NCBI GenBank assembly: GCA_043228905.1
Contig: JBHGNT010000007.1
Location: forward strand, 19,654,001-19,718,000
Source: Azolla caroliniana
Lineage: Eukaryota > Plantae > Polypodiophyta
Length of the DNA stretch: 64,000 bases
Direction of reading: 5' to 3'
A program made the position numbers and the translations under genes. The notes under the pieces were generated by a model. That model did not search any database, was not told where the DNA came from, and saw only the letters and a program-made list of their open reading frames with translations. Of this stretch, positions 23,401 through 38,100 are shown in pieces (within the stretch, counting starts at the first letter, position 1; each line of letters starts with the position of its first letter).

Positions 23401-23805
23401 TACTACAACCAACATCAAGACTTGGTAGTTTTATTGGAAGTTGGAGATCATTTTGCGGTGCTCAAATCTCCTCAAAATGAAGATTTAGAAGACTACTACA
23501 TTGTGGTGTGCAAGCAAGGAAAGACATTATTGTAAGAAGTGGTGAGGGATGGCTGGGGCAACATGTTCAACGTTGGTGAGTCTGTCGTGTATGGAAACAA
23601 TTATGCAAAGTTGCTGCAATGCAAGAACACATATGCATTATTAAAAGATGCACCCATCGCAATAATCTACACTGCTGCCATTCTTGCGATCAAGCTCAAT
23701 ATGACTCAAGCAAAGCACAAGGTTAAGGGATACAACACTGTCTACAAGGTCCCCCAAGAGGTTCATCAGCACATATTCAGGGAGGTCTCTCTGTTTAATG
23801 CTTGA
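20457..23805 (+). pseudogene. Spliced DDD DNA transposase (Sola2-like motifs), decayed and 5'-truncated
   Basis: TCCCVYH, IDFAENY, EVQSMHW, KKHD, WSDGAASQFK, WNYFGSGHGKGEHDGAGAVIKR, SCFCSMC. Introns about 20528-20621 and 21572-22919 (in-frame join FIAR/YFSL). Frameshifts about 20830-20950; stop at 23533. Confidence 0.8.
21770..22890. repeat. ~145-bp tandem repeat (about 8 copies) inside the transposase intron
   Basis: TATCTTTTAATCCATG-like anchor at about 21779, 21926, 22071, 22216, 22361, 22508, 22650, 22770. Confidence 0.92.
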
Positions 23806-25059
23806 AAGTTACCCTATTAATACATTATAGTTGGCAACTGAAAAACATCCGCTTGTAGTTCACTATTTGATGTATTGATATATTAATTTTGATGATTGAC
23901 AAATGAATCGATATATTTCATCTTTCTTCTAAAGTGTTTAGAGTATTTATTGAGCTTGGTTTGTAAGTGTTCATGGTAATTATAGAGTTGCTTGTTTCTA
24001 TGGTTTAGGGTGTGAAGTCTTCAATACTTAGTAGCATCAATATGGCCCAAACTTATTCAACTATCAATACCAATAGTCTAATCCCTATTGTTTTAAGTCT
24101 CTATTCGACTCTAACTATGTGCACTCAAGGAGACCATACTTTGCAAGTATCAATATACATATTAGTTTAGTACTAATGTCAATTGTAAGTGTTCATTAAT
24201 ACATAGTAGTCTCCCGAAATATCTCAGTTAGACGGATACAATAGAATATATTTTCATTCTCTATAATTAACAATATAGAATTTCACATTACACTACAACA
24301 CTAGATGGTTGGTCTGATCTTCACAGCATTTCACAGGGGCAATTTAGACAATACGTTGGTAACAATTCAGTGGTAGTTCAACACAATCATGGTTGCATGA
24401 TAATTAACAATAGAATACATTCTCATTCTCTGCAATTGGCAATATAGAATTTCACATTACGTTAACAACACTAGATGAGTGAACTGGAGTCAGTACAACA
24501 TTTCACATTAGCAATTTAGACAGTATTTTGGTATACCAAATAATTCAAGTTCAGACATCACTAACAGTTCAACTATAGTTCAAGTACAATCGAAAGACAA
24601 TCAGGCATCATTTCACAATTTCCCTGATCTTGTAATGCACTTGTTATTGGTGCCGGTTTTTTGTGATTTTACATTCTTCTTTATCTTAAAGCCGTTAGGT
24701 ATCAGCGTACTAAGTGGCACTTCATCATCAGAGGCATCAGAGACAGGTATGGATGTACGAGCACCTTGTACCAGTGGCAAGCTTGAGAGACAAACTGTGT
24801 TTTCTGCAATTGCAATGCTTGTACACACATCCACAAAGGTACTGTTGATAGTGAAATTATCACTCACCTCTTGTATGTGGGTTGTTTTAGTACTCATGTT
24901 GTTGCTAGTATGCTCATTCTTAGTACAATTAGGCTCATGTATGTGGGCTATAGCAGTACTCACGATGAACTCCTCTTGGCTGGTGATAGTCACCTCATTC
25001 TTAAGACCACCGTACTCCCCTTCTTGGGTGGTCTTTATTGCCTGGTCCTCATGGGTGAT

Positions 25060-25395
25060 GCTAGGATGCTCGTTCTCAGTACAATCAGGCTCCTCTTCAT
25101 TACTAGCTATATTATTTCCACACTCCTCATGGGCTTCTATAGACACTACTAGCACATTCTCAGTAAAATCAGGCTCCTCTTCATTACTAGCTATATTCTT
25201 TCCACACTCATCATGGGCTTCTATAGAAACTACTAGCACATTCTCGGTAGAATTAGGCTCCTCTTCAATACTAGCAATGTTCTTTCCACACTCCTCATGG
25301 GATTCTTTAGACACTACTAGCACATTCTCAGTACAATCAGGCTCCTCTTCAATACTAGCGATATTCTTTCCACACTCCTCATGGGATTCTTTAGA
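25060..25395 (-). repeat. 84-bp (28-aa) coding tandem repeat, 4 copies
   Basis: HEECGKNIASIEEEPDCTENVLVVS repeated in ORF 24613-25398. Confidence 0.9.
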
Positions 25396-26529
25396 CAAAT
25401 TGTTGTTTGTACATGCCAGCTGCTCTTCAAATATGAATGCTTCCTTTTTTTCACAGTCCTCATGTTTGGAAGATGTGCTCCCAGAGTCTGCCTCCGTGCA
25501 AAGGTTAATCCCAGAATCTGACTCTGCACTTGTGCTCCATATAGTTCCCGATTCATTTGATTGCAGTTGGGAATTGGACTACTCTTGTAAACCTAAATAA
25601 TGGGATTCCAGAGAATATTAGTAACAACTCACATACTCAAAAGTTGGCAAACATACCAACAACAATGAACATAAGGTTAATAGCCACATTTTTACCTATT
25701 GTTACATCGTCATACTGTACAACCGTACACAACCCATTGCAAGTGGTAGGCTCGATCATCTTGTCCAAAACATCTAAGTGTTCAACAGGTTGGAGCTCAT
25801 TGTCAATAGAAGATTTCATAATAGTATTTATAGAATGCACCAAAAGCACCACTATAATAGGGTTGTTATGATCTAAATCATTGTTTTCTTAGAGGGCTTT
25901 TGACGTGTACCTAGGAGTGTGATAAATTCGTCTTCATGATTAGGTTTGACTCGTATCTCCCTCACCAAAGATCATTTCGTCATCATCTAGTAACACAAAT
26001 ACATGGTATTAGACAATGCATTAGGTTGACAACTCTCCGGATAGGTGAGAACATATATGACTCACCATTGCATTCAACTCTCCCTTTCTTGCCCTTTCCA
26101 TAAAACTTTCTTGCAGCATTCCTCTTCTTAGTGGGCTCTTTTTTAAAGACATTAGGCATTCAACATACACACAAATGAGAATTAAGATATGCTAACTCAA
26201 TTTGTGTTACCTGGATTGTTTTGATGTTGATCGGAACTTGGGGAATTTGTTTGAAGAAGTATATGTTCCACTGCTCAAATGGCCCTTCTCATACATTCAT
26301 CTTCATCATAAAACTCATACGTTACTGGTAATGATGGTCCTTGAACCTTGGAATGTGTAGCTGATACCGAGGGTTTAGGAACAGGGGCCGGTTGTTCCAT
26401 TACCTTCCCTGGCGTGGAGTTGCTTGACACTACAACATTCATTACAAGAAACAAAAAAACCTTCAACGCAAGTACCGTGATATAAAAAATACAATGTAGG
26501 TCACAAGAACTGCATTACTAAATCATTAG

Positions 26530-27610
26530 GCTACACCTAGTTCCCATATTACACATCTAGTACTAATCGTGAACAATGTATTACTCACTTAGTTCCCAAA
26601 TCACACAACTAGTACTAATCATGAACAATGTACTACTCACTTAGTTCCCAAATTACACAACTAGTACTAATCGTCAACAATGTACTACTCAGTTCTGAAA
26701 TTACACAAGTAGTACTAATCGTCAACAATGTACTACAAGTATAGTGTGTACTAACACTAGTACTAGGCACGTTGTAATATAGATTGGACTAACATCTAAT
26801 CCAACAAATATAGATTGGACTTTAGTACTAACGTGGTATTTTGCACACAAGTAATACTAAACGTGATATGTGTTCTACACACCTAATTACATAACTAATA
26901 CCAATTACACCAATAGTATTAATCTTCAACAGTATTAGTACTAAACGTGATATGTGTTTGACACACCTCATTTCCAAATTACACAAACTGTACTAATCTT
27001 CAACAATTTACCATACACCTTGTTCCCATATTACATAACTAGTACTAATCGTGCTCCTTTTTTATGCCATACCTCCTTTATTGCATAGCTTGTAGATTGT
27101 CTTATATGATATCATCTGTTTCATCAGATGTTGGTAGTAGCTTTTGTATTACAATAAAGGTGAAATGAAATGTCTCCTTCTGTCTTCTATATGTACATTT
27201 CTCAAGTAATATACTAAGGTGTATATTTCTGGAAAAAAAAAAAAAACTAGTACTAATCGTGAACAATGTACTACACAACTAATTCCCAAATTACACAAAT
27301 AGTACTAATAGTCAACAATGTACTACAAGTATAGTGTGTACTAAACTAGCACTAGGCAAGTTGTAATATAGATTGGACGAACAACTTATCCAACAAATAC
27401 ATCTAAACAACTTCCTTCGTTAGTACGAAATTGGTATTTTGCATACAAGTAGTACTAATCATGATATGTGTTCTACACTCCTAATTCCCAAATTACAGGT
27501 TTATTACTAATCGTTCACAATGTACTACATACCTTGTGCTCAAATTACATAACTAGTACCAATCCTGAACAATGTCACACCTGGTTCCCAAATTACTCAA
27601 ATAGTACTAA
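26530..27610. repeat. Degenerate intronic repeats built on CCCAAATTACACAACTAGTACTAATC
   Basis: Many imperfect copies; related motifs resume at 32795-32940 beyond copia A3. Confidence 0.8.
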
Positions 27611-27632
27611 TGGTGGAAAATATCCGTTCAAC

Positions 27633-30600
27633 TGACAGGAACTACACGCTCCCGATACGCAACGGTCGGCCACAACCGAGCTTAGAATCAAACACAGAAA
27701 AACGGGTAATGAATGCACGACACAATGGAGAGAAGAGTACACTGGATGTTTACGTGGAAAACCCACACGCGGGAAAAAACCACGGCAGTCCACTGACTGC
27801 TAACTATCACTATGTAACAAATGTACAATAGATGAACACAGACGCAACGACCTCTTGTTCACTGTCTTCGCCACAAGCGGCGGTTACAACAGAGATACGA
27901 ACTCTTCGTCTCTTTCTTTCTCTCTCTCTCTCTGTACACTGTTGCGCTCTAATCTAGCGCCAACAAGAATGACAACAACTATATCATACTAAGTTTGCCC
28001 TAAGTCATATTTATACTAATATGAATTTTCGGCTATTTATAAATATAACCCCGATGGACTCTCAGAAAACATATTTACGAATATGTCCCTTCATCCGGTG
28101 AGTACTTCTCACCGGGCCTTCACCATCTGGCTCTTGCCGGGTACTCCTCATTCGGTTCTTACCGGGGTCTTCCATAGCTGGGTACTCCTCATCCGGTTCT
28201 CACCGGGTCTTCCGTAGCCGGGTACTCCTCATCCGGTTTCTCACTACCCATCTGGAGGGACCTGTTTCCTAACAAACTCCCCCTTCACTCTGGCATGGGA
28301 TATCTTACTAGTCCGATCCGCTTCCGGCATGCATCCAGCTTGTCGGGTATCAGTACTTTGGTCAACATATCTAACCCGTTCTCGACCGTGTGGATCTTCG
28401 TCAGCGTGAACTCCTGGTCATCTACTCTTTCCCGGATCCAGTGATACCTTCGCTGGATATGCTTCGTCCGGGAATGGTAAGCCGCATTCCTAGCAAGGTG
28501 GGTGGCACTTTGATTGTCGCAATAGAGCCGGTATTCATCTTGCCAGATACCGAGCTCTTCGATGAAGTCCTTCATCCATATTATTTCCTTGTCGGCTTCC
28601 ACAGCCGCCATGTACTCCGCCTCCATGGTTGACAACGCAATCGTCTTCTGCAGCCTCAACTGCCACGAAACAGCTCCCCATGCATATGTCATTATATACC
28701 CAGATGTAGACCGGCTGGTATCCACATCAGCCGACATTTTCAAATCGGTAAAACCGTCAAGTTGAGGTTTACTACAGCCGAATCGGAGACACATATTCGA
28801 AGTGCCCTTCAAGTACCGGAGTATCCATTTGTCCGCGTTCCAGTGCTCCTTACCAGAATTACTCATGAATCGGCTCACCACTCCGACTGCATATCCAATA
28901 TCCGGTCGAGTACACACCATTGCGTACATTAAGCTCCCAACAGCAAAGGCATATGGAACCTTCATCATATCTGCCTTCTCTGCTTTCGTCTTCGAGCTTT
29001 GCTTACCGGATAACCTGTAGTTTGCCGGAAGTGTCGATCCGACCGGTTTCGCATTTGACATGTTGAACCGCTGAAGCACCTTTGTCACGTACTTTTCCTG
29101 TGACAGCCAGAGTTGCTTCGTTGGTCGGCTCCGGATGATATGCATCCCCAACATCTATCTTGCCGGACCCAATTCTTTCATTGAGAAGATCCGGTTGAGA
29201 GCCTTCTTCAGCATCCATATTTTGGCTTGGTCCCGTTCGACGATCAACATGTCGTCGTCCACGTACAAAAGGAGTATCAGGAAGTCGCCTTCTTCGAACT
29301 TCTTCACAAACACGCAGTGATCGGCCTGCGTCTTGTGGTACCCTTGATCGGTCATGAAGGAGTCCAACTTCCGGTACCATTGTCGGGGAGCCTGTTTCAG
29401 TCCGTACAAGCTCTTCTTCAACCGACAAACCAGGTGCTCCTTCCCTTTCTCCACGAATCCTTCCGGTTGCTACATGTAGATCTCCTCTTCGAGGTCACCA
29501 TGAAGGAATGTCGTCTTCACGTCTAGCTGCTCTACCTCGAGGTCCATGCTTGCCGCTATACTCAGCACCGTCCGGATGAAGGTCATCTTTACTACCGGGG
29601 CAAATATCTCGTCGAAGTCCACGCCCTTCTTCTGTTGGAACCCCTTCACCACAATCCTGGCTTTGTATCTCGGGGGGTTGCCGGCATCTCCTGGTTTCAA
29701 CTTGTACACCCACTTGTTTCGGAGTACCCGCTTTCCTTTCGGCAACTCCACCAATTCGTACGTATGGTTCTCATGCAGGGAATCCATCTCATCCTGCATG
29801 GCACTTAACCATTTGCGGCTGTGGGTGTCATCCTTCTCTTCTTCGAAGCTTTCCGACTCTCCCTCATCGGTCAGCAGCACATGCTTTGCATCTGGAAATC
29901 TCTGGGGGCCCTTCTCTCTCTGAGAGGATATCTCCGTCTTTGGCCTTCAGCAACCGGCTCCACTATTTGATCCTCATCCTCATCCGATTCAGGGTCTTGG
30001 CCGGTTCTGGTTTCAGCTTCCTCTACTTCTTCTTTTGCCGGTTCGGTATCCTCACCGTAGTCGGCTGGTTCCTCGAGTGCGAACCAATCTCTTGCCGGTT
30101 GGGTCTGCTCATCGTAGAATCGATCCTTATTGGCCGACTCGGAGTTCATTACCTTCTTCTCCGACTCCCAATCGAAGAGCGTCTTGTCCTCCATGAAGAT
30201 AATATCTCGACTCCGGAATACCTTCTTGTCGACCGGGTCCCACACTCGGTAGCCGAACTCATCGTCGCCATAACCGAGGAATATGAATGGCCGGGTCTTT
30301 GGATCTAACTTTCCTCTCCGGTCCTTAGCAACATGCACATACACGAGACACCCAAACACCTTCAGATGCCGGTAGGACACTTCCTTACCGGTCCACACCT
30401 TCTGCGGCGTGTCTCCGTCCAAGGGCACTGAGGGTGATATGTTTATCACATACGTCGTTGTCGACAACGCCTCAGCCCAAAACATCTTGGGTAATTTTGC
30501 ATGCGCCAGCATACTCTGAACCCTCTCCATTATGGTCTGGTTCATCCTCTCGGCCAGCCCGTTTAATTCCGGCATCTTCGGCACGGTAAATTCGAGCCGG

Positions 30601-32789
30601 ATTCCCTTCGAGCGGTAGTACTCCTCGAACTGCCCCCGGTATTCTCCTCCGTTATCTGCCCGAACCGCCTTCAGCTTCCGGCTAGTTTCTCTTTCCACTC
30701 TCGTGTGGAGCTCTTTGAAGATGGGTAGCACCTGATCCTTCGTCTTCAACGGTGTGGCCCACAACTTCCGGCTGTGGTCATCTATGAACGTCACGAAGTA
30801 CTGCGATCCTGCATGTGACTTCGTGTCCACTTGACACACATCAGTATGCACCAACTCCAGTGGTGCATTACGTCTCATCAGTGGCCTTGGTCGGAAGGAG
30901 GTCCAATTTTGCTCACCGGCCAGACAATCAGTGCACTTCTCCAAGTGCACGTTCTTCACTGGAATGAGGTTGTCGTCTGCAAGCCTCTTCATCCTCTTCT
31001 CACTCATGTGATACAGCCTTTGGTCTCACAGCTCACCAGCAGTGTCGCATGCCACCTTCACTTCCTCCGGGCATAACCGGGCATTCATCAGGTACAACAT
31101 GTTGACCTTTACCGTCTGGTCTTTACCGTTCCGGTTCGGTGTCTACTTCGAATTGGTGTCGTCGGTTTCCTTTTCTTTTCTGGAAAGGTTTAGCTTACTC
31201 CCCTCGGTGATGAGCATCAACTCTTCTTCACTTGCTGCGATTGCCCTCGTCCTCTTTCGGTCCGTTCCCCTCCGGTCTTTACCGTTCCGGTCCGGTGTCT
31301 GCTTCGAATTGGTGCCGTCGGTTTTCTTTTCTTTTCTTTTTACGTCGACAGTTTTTCTGGAAGTGTCCCAGCTTGCCGCAATAGAAGAAAGTAGGCCTCC
31401 CCCTTGACTTTGACCGTGTCCCCGACTTCTCCCAGTTCTGGGGACTACGGTTCCTTTGTCTTCCGCGTTCCGATTCGGTAAGGAGCGCTTTGGAGTTGGA
31501 GCTCGTATCCTTATCTTTCCGACGCGCCTCCTCATCTAGCAAGCTCGACTTCACTCTTGCTAGGGATAACCGTTTCCCTTCCGGCCCGGCGTTGCCCAAA
31601 GTCACAACCAACGTCTCCCAGCTATCCGGGAGGGAACCGAGCAGGAGTAACGCTAGTACCTCATCGGCGAGAGGTACTTCCAATGATGTTGCCTGGTGTA
31701 TCAGCCCCTAGAAGGCATTCATGTGCTCCGCCATGCTAGAGCCATCTTGGTACCGGAGTCTTACTAGCTTCCGGAATACCGAAACCTGGTTAATAGCATT
31801 TTTGTTCTGAAACATAATGCTGATCTTCTCCCAGAGCTCATGCGCCTTGCTCTCTTCATTGAAGTTGTTGTATAGGCTCATGTCGATGAAGCGCTGTATG
31901 TAAGCCGTTGTCTTCATGTGCATCACCTCCCATATCGTGGCGTCGATTTTGTCCAGTCTCTTGTCCCGGAACTGAACCGGCAACCAAAGATCTTTGACCA
32001 CGAGCATCTCCCTCATCTTCGACTTCCACACGGAATAGTTGGAGCCGGTGAGCTTGAACATACCTCCCAACGAATCGTCCATTTTCTATGTCAGTTCGCT
32101 TTGATACCACTTTGACAGGAAGTACACGCTCCCGATACGCAACGGTCGGCCACAACCGAGCTTAGAATCAAACATAGAAAAACGGGTAATGAATGCATGA
32201 CAGAATGGAGAGAAGAGTACACCGGATGTTTACGTGGAAAACCCAAACGCGGGAAAAAACCACGGCAGTCCACTGACTGCTAACTATCACTATGTAACAA
32301 ATGTACAATAGATGAACATAGAGGCAACGACCTCTTGTTCACTGTTTTCGCCACAAGTGGCGGTTACAACAGAGATACGAACTCTTCGTCTCTTTCTTTC
32401 TCTCTCTCTCTCTGTACACTGTTGCGCTCTAATCTAGCGCCAACAAGAATGACAACAACTATATCATACTAAGTTTGCCCTAAGTCATATTTATACTAAT
32501 ATGAATTTTCGGCTATTTACAAATATAGCCCCGATGGACTCTCAAAAAACATAGTTACAAATATGTCCCTTCATCCGGTGAGCACTTCTCACCGGGCCTT
32601 CACCATCCGGCTCTTGCCGGGTACTCCTCATCCGGTTCTCACCGGGGTCTTCCGTAGCTGGGTACTCCTCATCCGGTTCTCACCGGGTCTTCCGTAGCCG
32701 GGTACTGCTAATTCGGTTTCGGCCGAGGCCAGTTTGCTCATCAATATTGTTCTTCTCACTTCCCATCCGGAGGGACCTGTTTCCTAACA
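27633..32789 (-). mobile_element. Ty1/copia element A3 (family A variant), degenerate
   Basis: TSD TCAAC at 27628-27632 and 32790-32794; LTRs 27633-28274 and 32113-32789; PBS-Met 32098-32109; PPT about 28277-28286. Confidence 0.95.
28285..32082 (-). pseudogene. gag-pol: Copia A3 gag-pol with stops, frameshifts and deleted protease
   Basis: Fragments 31708-32082, 31279-31683, 29871-31007, 29470-29880, 29155-29454 and 28285-29154 match family A. Confidence 0.92.
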
Positions 32790-34794
32790 TCAACTACCCA
32801 TACCAATTATATATTAAGAGTACTGCCAATACTAACCCACATAAATAGGGTTCCACATATTAGTTGTTGGAGCCACACTAGTACTAATCCATTGTTTTCC
32901 TAAATTTGAAGTATGAATTGTGGTGTTCACTAGTTCTAATCCAAATGTAAATTGACATTATATAATACAAACAATAGAATAATACAACCACATACCGCAC
33001 GGGTGTACTTTTAAACCCCAAGCATAGTACCACTCAGCAACAATTGTAGTTTTACAATCCATACATGTATTTTCTTTCTCAAAATGATACTTAGCACATA
33101 GCACATGATATGTGTGCAAGCACGGTGTAATCACAACATCCATAGCCTCAAGCTTGAATCTGAGGCCACAAAATATAGTGCCCATCTCATAATGCAACTT
33201 TAAAGCTTTCAACTTATTATCTAGTTCACAATGTGCAATTCTGCAAGTATCCAGGTCTCTCATCTATAATCCTAATTGAGTGCCCATATTGTTCAGCTCT
33301 TTATTCAACTCCTCTCTCAACACCTGAATTTCTGAATTTTGGATTGTCGATGTAATCCATTCATATGTAGTCTTTATTGAAGAGAATTTCTTTTCTGCCT
33401 GTATCTCAGTTGATTTAACTGCTTCCAAATAAGCTACCTGCTTGTATTCTTGAGCTCATAGAAGTTATGCAACCGGCCATCATCTGTTGATGCTTTTTAG
33501 TCAGTGTGGCCTGTAGCTTTGCAGATTGAACTTGGTGGACAGGTGTTGTAGCCGGAATATCCACATGAGAGGTTCCCAATGACTTCAAGCCAGTGTTGGT
33601 ACTGGAGGACCCTTTATAATGTTCAGATCGGTGACGATTAAAATCTTCCCAATCTACGTCAATGCCACCCTGAACTTCACATGCAAATGCACGTGCAAAA
33701 ACAGTACCCACCTCATTGTTACAAATTTGATTACTATCATAAACATGTTCATATCTCGTCTTCAATAAGTTCACATATTCCTTCTTCAATCCACTTATGT
33801 GGAATCCTCGCCTTGTATTGGGATGTGGTGATCCCCAACTTTTTAGCTCTTCATAAATTTCAGGTCATGCTCAAAGGAAATAACTCCATCCGAGAGGTGT
33901 GTCTCGAATGATGGAGTGGCACATCTTCTTTCTCTGAGTTGATGAGTTCATCACCCTTTCTCTTGTGGGTGTCTTCTTGCATTCTTTGATAGGTGTCCTT
34001 TTTCTTTCCTTCACTGGTGTCTTCTCTTTCTCTTTCACCAATGTCTTCTTTATGGGTGTCCTTCTCGTCATTGTCCTAGCCTTCACTATTCTTGTTGAAA
34101 GAATATGCATGTACAAGAAGAAAACTCATCAAAATACCATCAACAACCAGCAAATCATCATAGCCAACTCAATCTAAGTTGCATGTACATGCCATGTCAA
34201 ACACACTTTAACCCTAAACAATCGGAAAAAAACTCATCCATGTCAAACACACAAAATAAAAACACACAGATAGGAAACACAAAGAAAACAAAAACATACC
34301 AGTTGGGCATGCAACACATAGAATATGAATTATCAAACCCTAAAAATGCAGCACAGAGAATACCTAGAGGTCGTGCAAGTTGTAGATGGAACGATGGGTC
34401 GAAGGCAGATGGAGCCAAGGTCAAGGCAAAGGTACCACACCGTGGTGATTTCTTCACCTTGGGAGCACACCAAGCCGAGAAAATCACCTATATGCAAGAG
34501 GTTGTTGACGAGGTTGCAGAGGAGACAAACGAGCATACACAGAGAAAGCACATCAACAACAAGAACAAGGAGCATAGAGGGGAAATAACAATCTCTGCAT
34601 GTACAGAGTTCAGAGATAGTAGGGAAACAACAACAAAAATCATGCACAGAGGGAACACAACAAGAATTATGCGGGGAAACAGAGAATCGAAGGTCGAGTG
34701 AGAGAGAGCAAGAGAGAAAGAGAGAGATAGGTAATAGATATGTGTTTTGATTTCTAACTTTTTGCCACTGTCTGAATGACAACTTTGAGATGGA

Positions 34795-34833
<39 letters not shown>

Positions 34834-35145
34834 CTGACCAACTGACACATTCGAAACCTTCTCCAGGTCTGCTTTCGTACAACTCTACCTAGGAGAATGA
34901 AGTTATAGTTAATATATTAAATACTGCCTTGGGACACTTTGATTGTGACGTATAATATCTTTGTACATTCGTATTGAATTTGTTATTTGAACCTGAACCT
35001 CATTCAATGGATGATAAACCACTATTTTCTGCACTAATTGTTTTATTTTCAATTTTTTATGTTTAATTTCTTCCCTGATTTAGTACTAAATTTTTGGCCA
35101 AAAGTTGGTACACCATAGCATGCTTCGACCCTTGTTGCTTGCTTT

Positions 35146-38100
35146 TTGAATTGTATTCCTAATGGGGATTACCATTGGATTGTCCATGACAAGGACCCCA
35201 CAACTTTTGAGCAAGCCGTCAACATTGTACTTCGATACCATAGGACATCCAAGAAAGACCACAATAAACCTGAGTTCGCCAAAACTCCGAATGTCAAGTT
35301 CATTGGGAAACATAAGCAATCCAATGACACTCTTGGCCGCGACTCCAAGAAACCTAACCTCTGCTATGCATATTGCAAGAAACGGGGCCACACAAAGGAT
35401 ACTTGTCGTCTTGAGAGGAAGTCAATGAACACCCCTCCTCAAGACAAATCTACGAGTCACACAGCAAATGGAACTCCACATAAACACAAGTGATCATATC
35501 TATCAAGTTCACATGGCAAATGGAAGTGTTCAATACATCAGAGGCATTGTTTGTCAATTGCCAATTCAAATAGATACCTATTTGGAGAAGCTTGACTATC
35601 ATGTTATGAAACTACAATCCGCAGATGTCATTTTAGGATACCCTTGGTTTTTTAATAAAAACCCTTCTTTGTCCATTGATTGGGTTAATCACTCAATCAC
35701 ATTTGAAATTAATAATGGTAAACATTTTATTCAATGTTCCAAACTTCCTTCTCGTTCACTTGTGTCTTCTAAATCTTTAAGTGAGTATTCAAGTTCATTC
35801 ATTTATTCGTGTGTAATTGATCATGCACTTCAATTTTATTATTTTAATATTGACGCCACACCATTACCACATTATGAACAACGATTACTCGACTCTATTT
35901 TAGCTGATTTTCAAGACGTTTTTCCTAACGAATTGCCGCTTACTTTACCACCAAAATGTAATGTGGACCATCAAATTGAACTCATCCCTGGTGTTGCTCC
36001 TTTTCGTATGCGCTATGGCCATTATGAGTTTTTAGTCATGCCTTTCAGGTTGACTAATGCTCCAGCCACATTCCAACAAGCGATGAATGACGCTTTCCGA
36101 GATCAACTCAGTGATTTTGTTGTCGTCTTCTTAGATGATATTTTAATATATAGCCGTACCTTGCAAGATCATGTTCAACATGTTCGATTTGTTTTGCAAA
36201 AGTTGTGTGACAACTCTTTCTATGCAAAACATTCAAAATGTGATTTTTTCCAAATATCTATTGTGTACCTAGGTCATTTAATTACAGAAAATGGTGTTGA
36301 AATTGAACCTTCTCATATTGAAAAGGTTAAACTTTGGCCCATTCCTCGTAATATTCGTGAACTGCGATCATTCTTAGGGTTTGTTGGATTTTTACGAAAA
36401 TCAATTCATAACTATTCCAAATTGACTATCCCATTAACTAGCCTTTTAAAAGGTCATCCATGTAAGTCTGTCAAACCAATTGCATGGAATGAACAACTTG
36501 ACAAATCATTTGAGACACTCAAAGAGCATGTGTGTCTAGATCCCACTCTTTTATTATCGGACCCTTCTTAGCCTTTCTCAATCGAAACCGATGCTAGTGA
36601 TTATGCTATTGGTGTCGTTCTTTATCAAGGTGGTCACCCTATTGCATTTGAAAGTAAGAAGCTTGATGCTGATCAATCTCGATATTCAGTTCAAGAGAAA
36701 GAGTTGTTTGCGGTAATACATGCACTTAAAACATGGAGGCACTATCTCTATGGAAATACATTTGATTGAAGTATTTTTGTGACCAGCCAGATCTTGTTGG
36801 TCGTAAAGGCCGTTGGGCTGACCTTATGCAAGTTTTTGATTTTTCCATACGGTATCGCAAGGGTTCTATGAACATTGTTGCGGATGCTCTTAGTCGCATT
36901 AAAGAAGTTAACATGCTTAGCTTCACGGAAATAAAATATGATCTTTTAAATCACCTTCAAGGGAAATACCTTGATGACAGTTATTTTTCGAAATACTAGA
37001 CGAAAGCCGAATCTGGTTTAGATGCCGATACTAGCACCCTACCCTCGAAGGCGACCTTTCACATTACAAATGGTTTGCTCTACCGTAGTGGAAAGGTCTA
37101 TGTTCTAGATTTACCAAACGTAAAACAGAAAATTCTTCATGAATGTCATGATGCACCATCTGTTGATCATCCTGGAATACAACGCACACTCGTTCTCATC
37201 TTGAGTACTTCTTTCTAGCCTAAGATGCGCTCTGATGTGCATAAATACGTAACTCAATGCTTCCAATGTCAAATTAATAAGTCGGAACGACTTAAAGCTA
37301 TTGGTCTTTTACATCCCTTAGATATTCCCAACAACAAATGGGAAAGTATCTCGATGGATTTTATTGTTAATTTACCTCGTACACAAAGGGGTCATGATGC
37401 CATTTGGGTTGTCATTGATAGACTAACAAAATTGGCGAGATTTATTCCTACCAAAACCACGGTAACTGCTCAACAATTGTCTTATCAATTTGTTGATGAG
37501 TTATTTTATTTTTATGGATTACCGATGGATATTATTAGTGATCGAGATTCCAAGTTTACTAGTGACTTTTGGACTCAGGTCTTTAAGAAACTAGAAACTA
37601 CGTTGAGCATGAGTTCCGCAGATCATCCTCAGTCTGATGGACAGACTGGACGAGTTAATCAAATTATTGAGGACATGCGTCGAGCTTATGTAGCAAAAAC
37701 CCCTTCTAAGTGAGAGCAATACCTTTCTATCTTAGAATTTTCCTATAATAGCTCTAAACATACATCCCATGGATATAGTCCTTTTATGTTGATGTATGGT
37801 TTTCAGCCACGTGCCCTAGTTGATGTCACGATTCATCGTCATACATTAGACAGTACACACAATTTTTTGCAAGACATGAACAAATGTTGCATATTGCCAA
37901 AGAGAATGTCAAGACGGCTCAAGATCGTGCTCAATTTTATGTTGATCAGGATAGACGTCCTCGTGCATTTAGTATTGGTCAAAAAGTTTTTTTGTGTGTC
38001 CCTACTCACTCTACGTCATTGTCTACGGGCCAATGCGCTAAGTTAGCCCCATGATATTGTGGCCCATTTGAAATCCTTAAGCGGGTTGGGTTATATGTTT

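Larger units (their letters stand above)
24613..34500 (-). pseudogene. Multi-exon gene of unknown function: Lys-rich repeats, FARAFA domain, coiled coil, RING-H2 finger, acidic repeat tail; frameshifted; copia A3 in an intron
   Basis: ORF pieces 33871-34116, 33415-33789, 32958-33263 (C..PCLHTYHVLC..CMDC), 26275-26430 and 24613-25398. Plausible donors near 34363, 32995, 26210, 26065 and acceptors near 26430, 25987. Joining them into one gene is inference. Confidence 0.55.

Noticed and set aside
24240-24530. Two-copy ~170-bp imperfect duplication between convergent gene ends
   Set aside because: Real but unremarkable in this repeat-rich context; no function can be supported.
24635-25600. 321-aa plus-strand ORF
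   Set aside because: Antisense shadow of the repeat-containing minus-strand exon.
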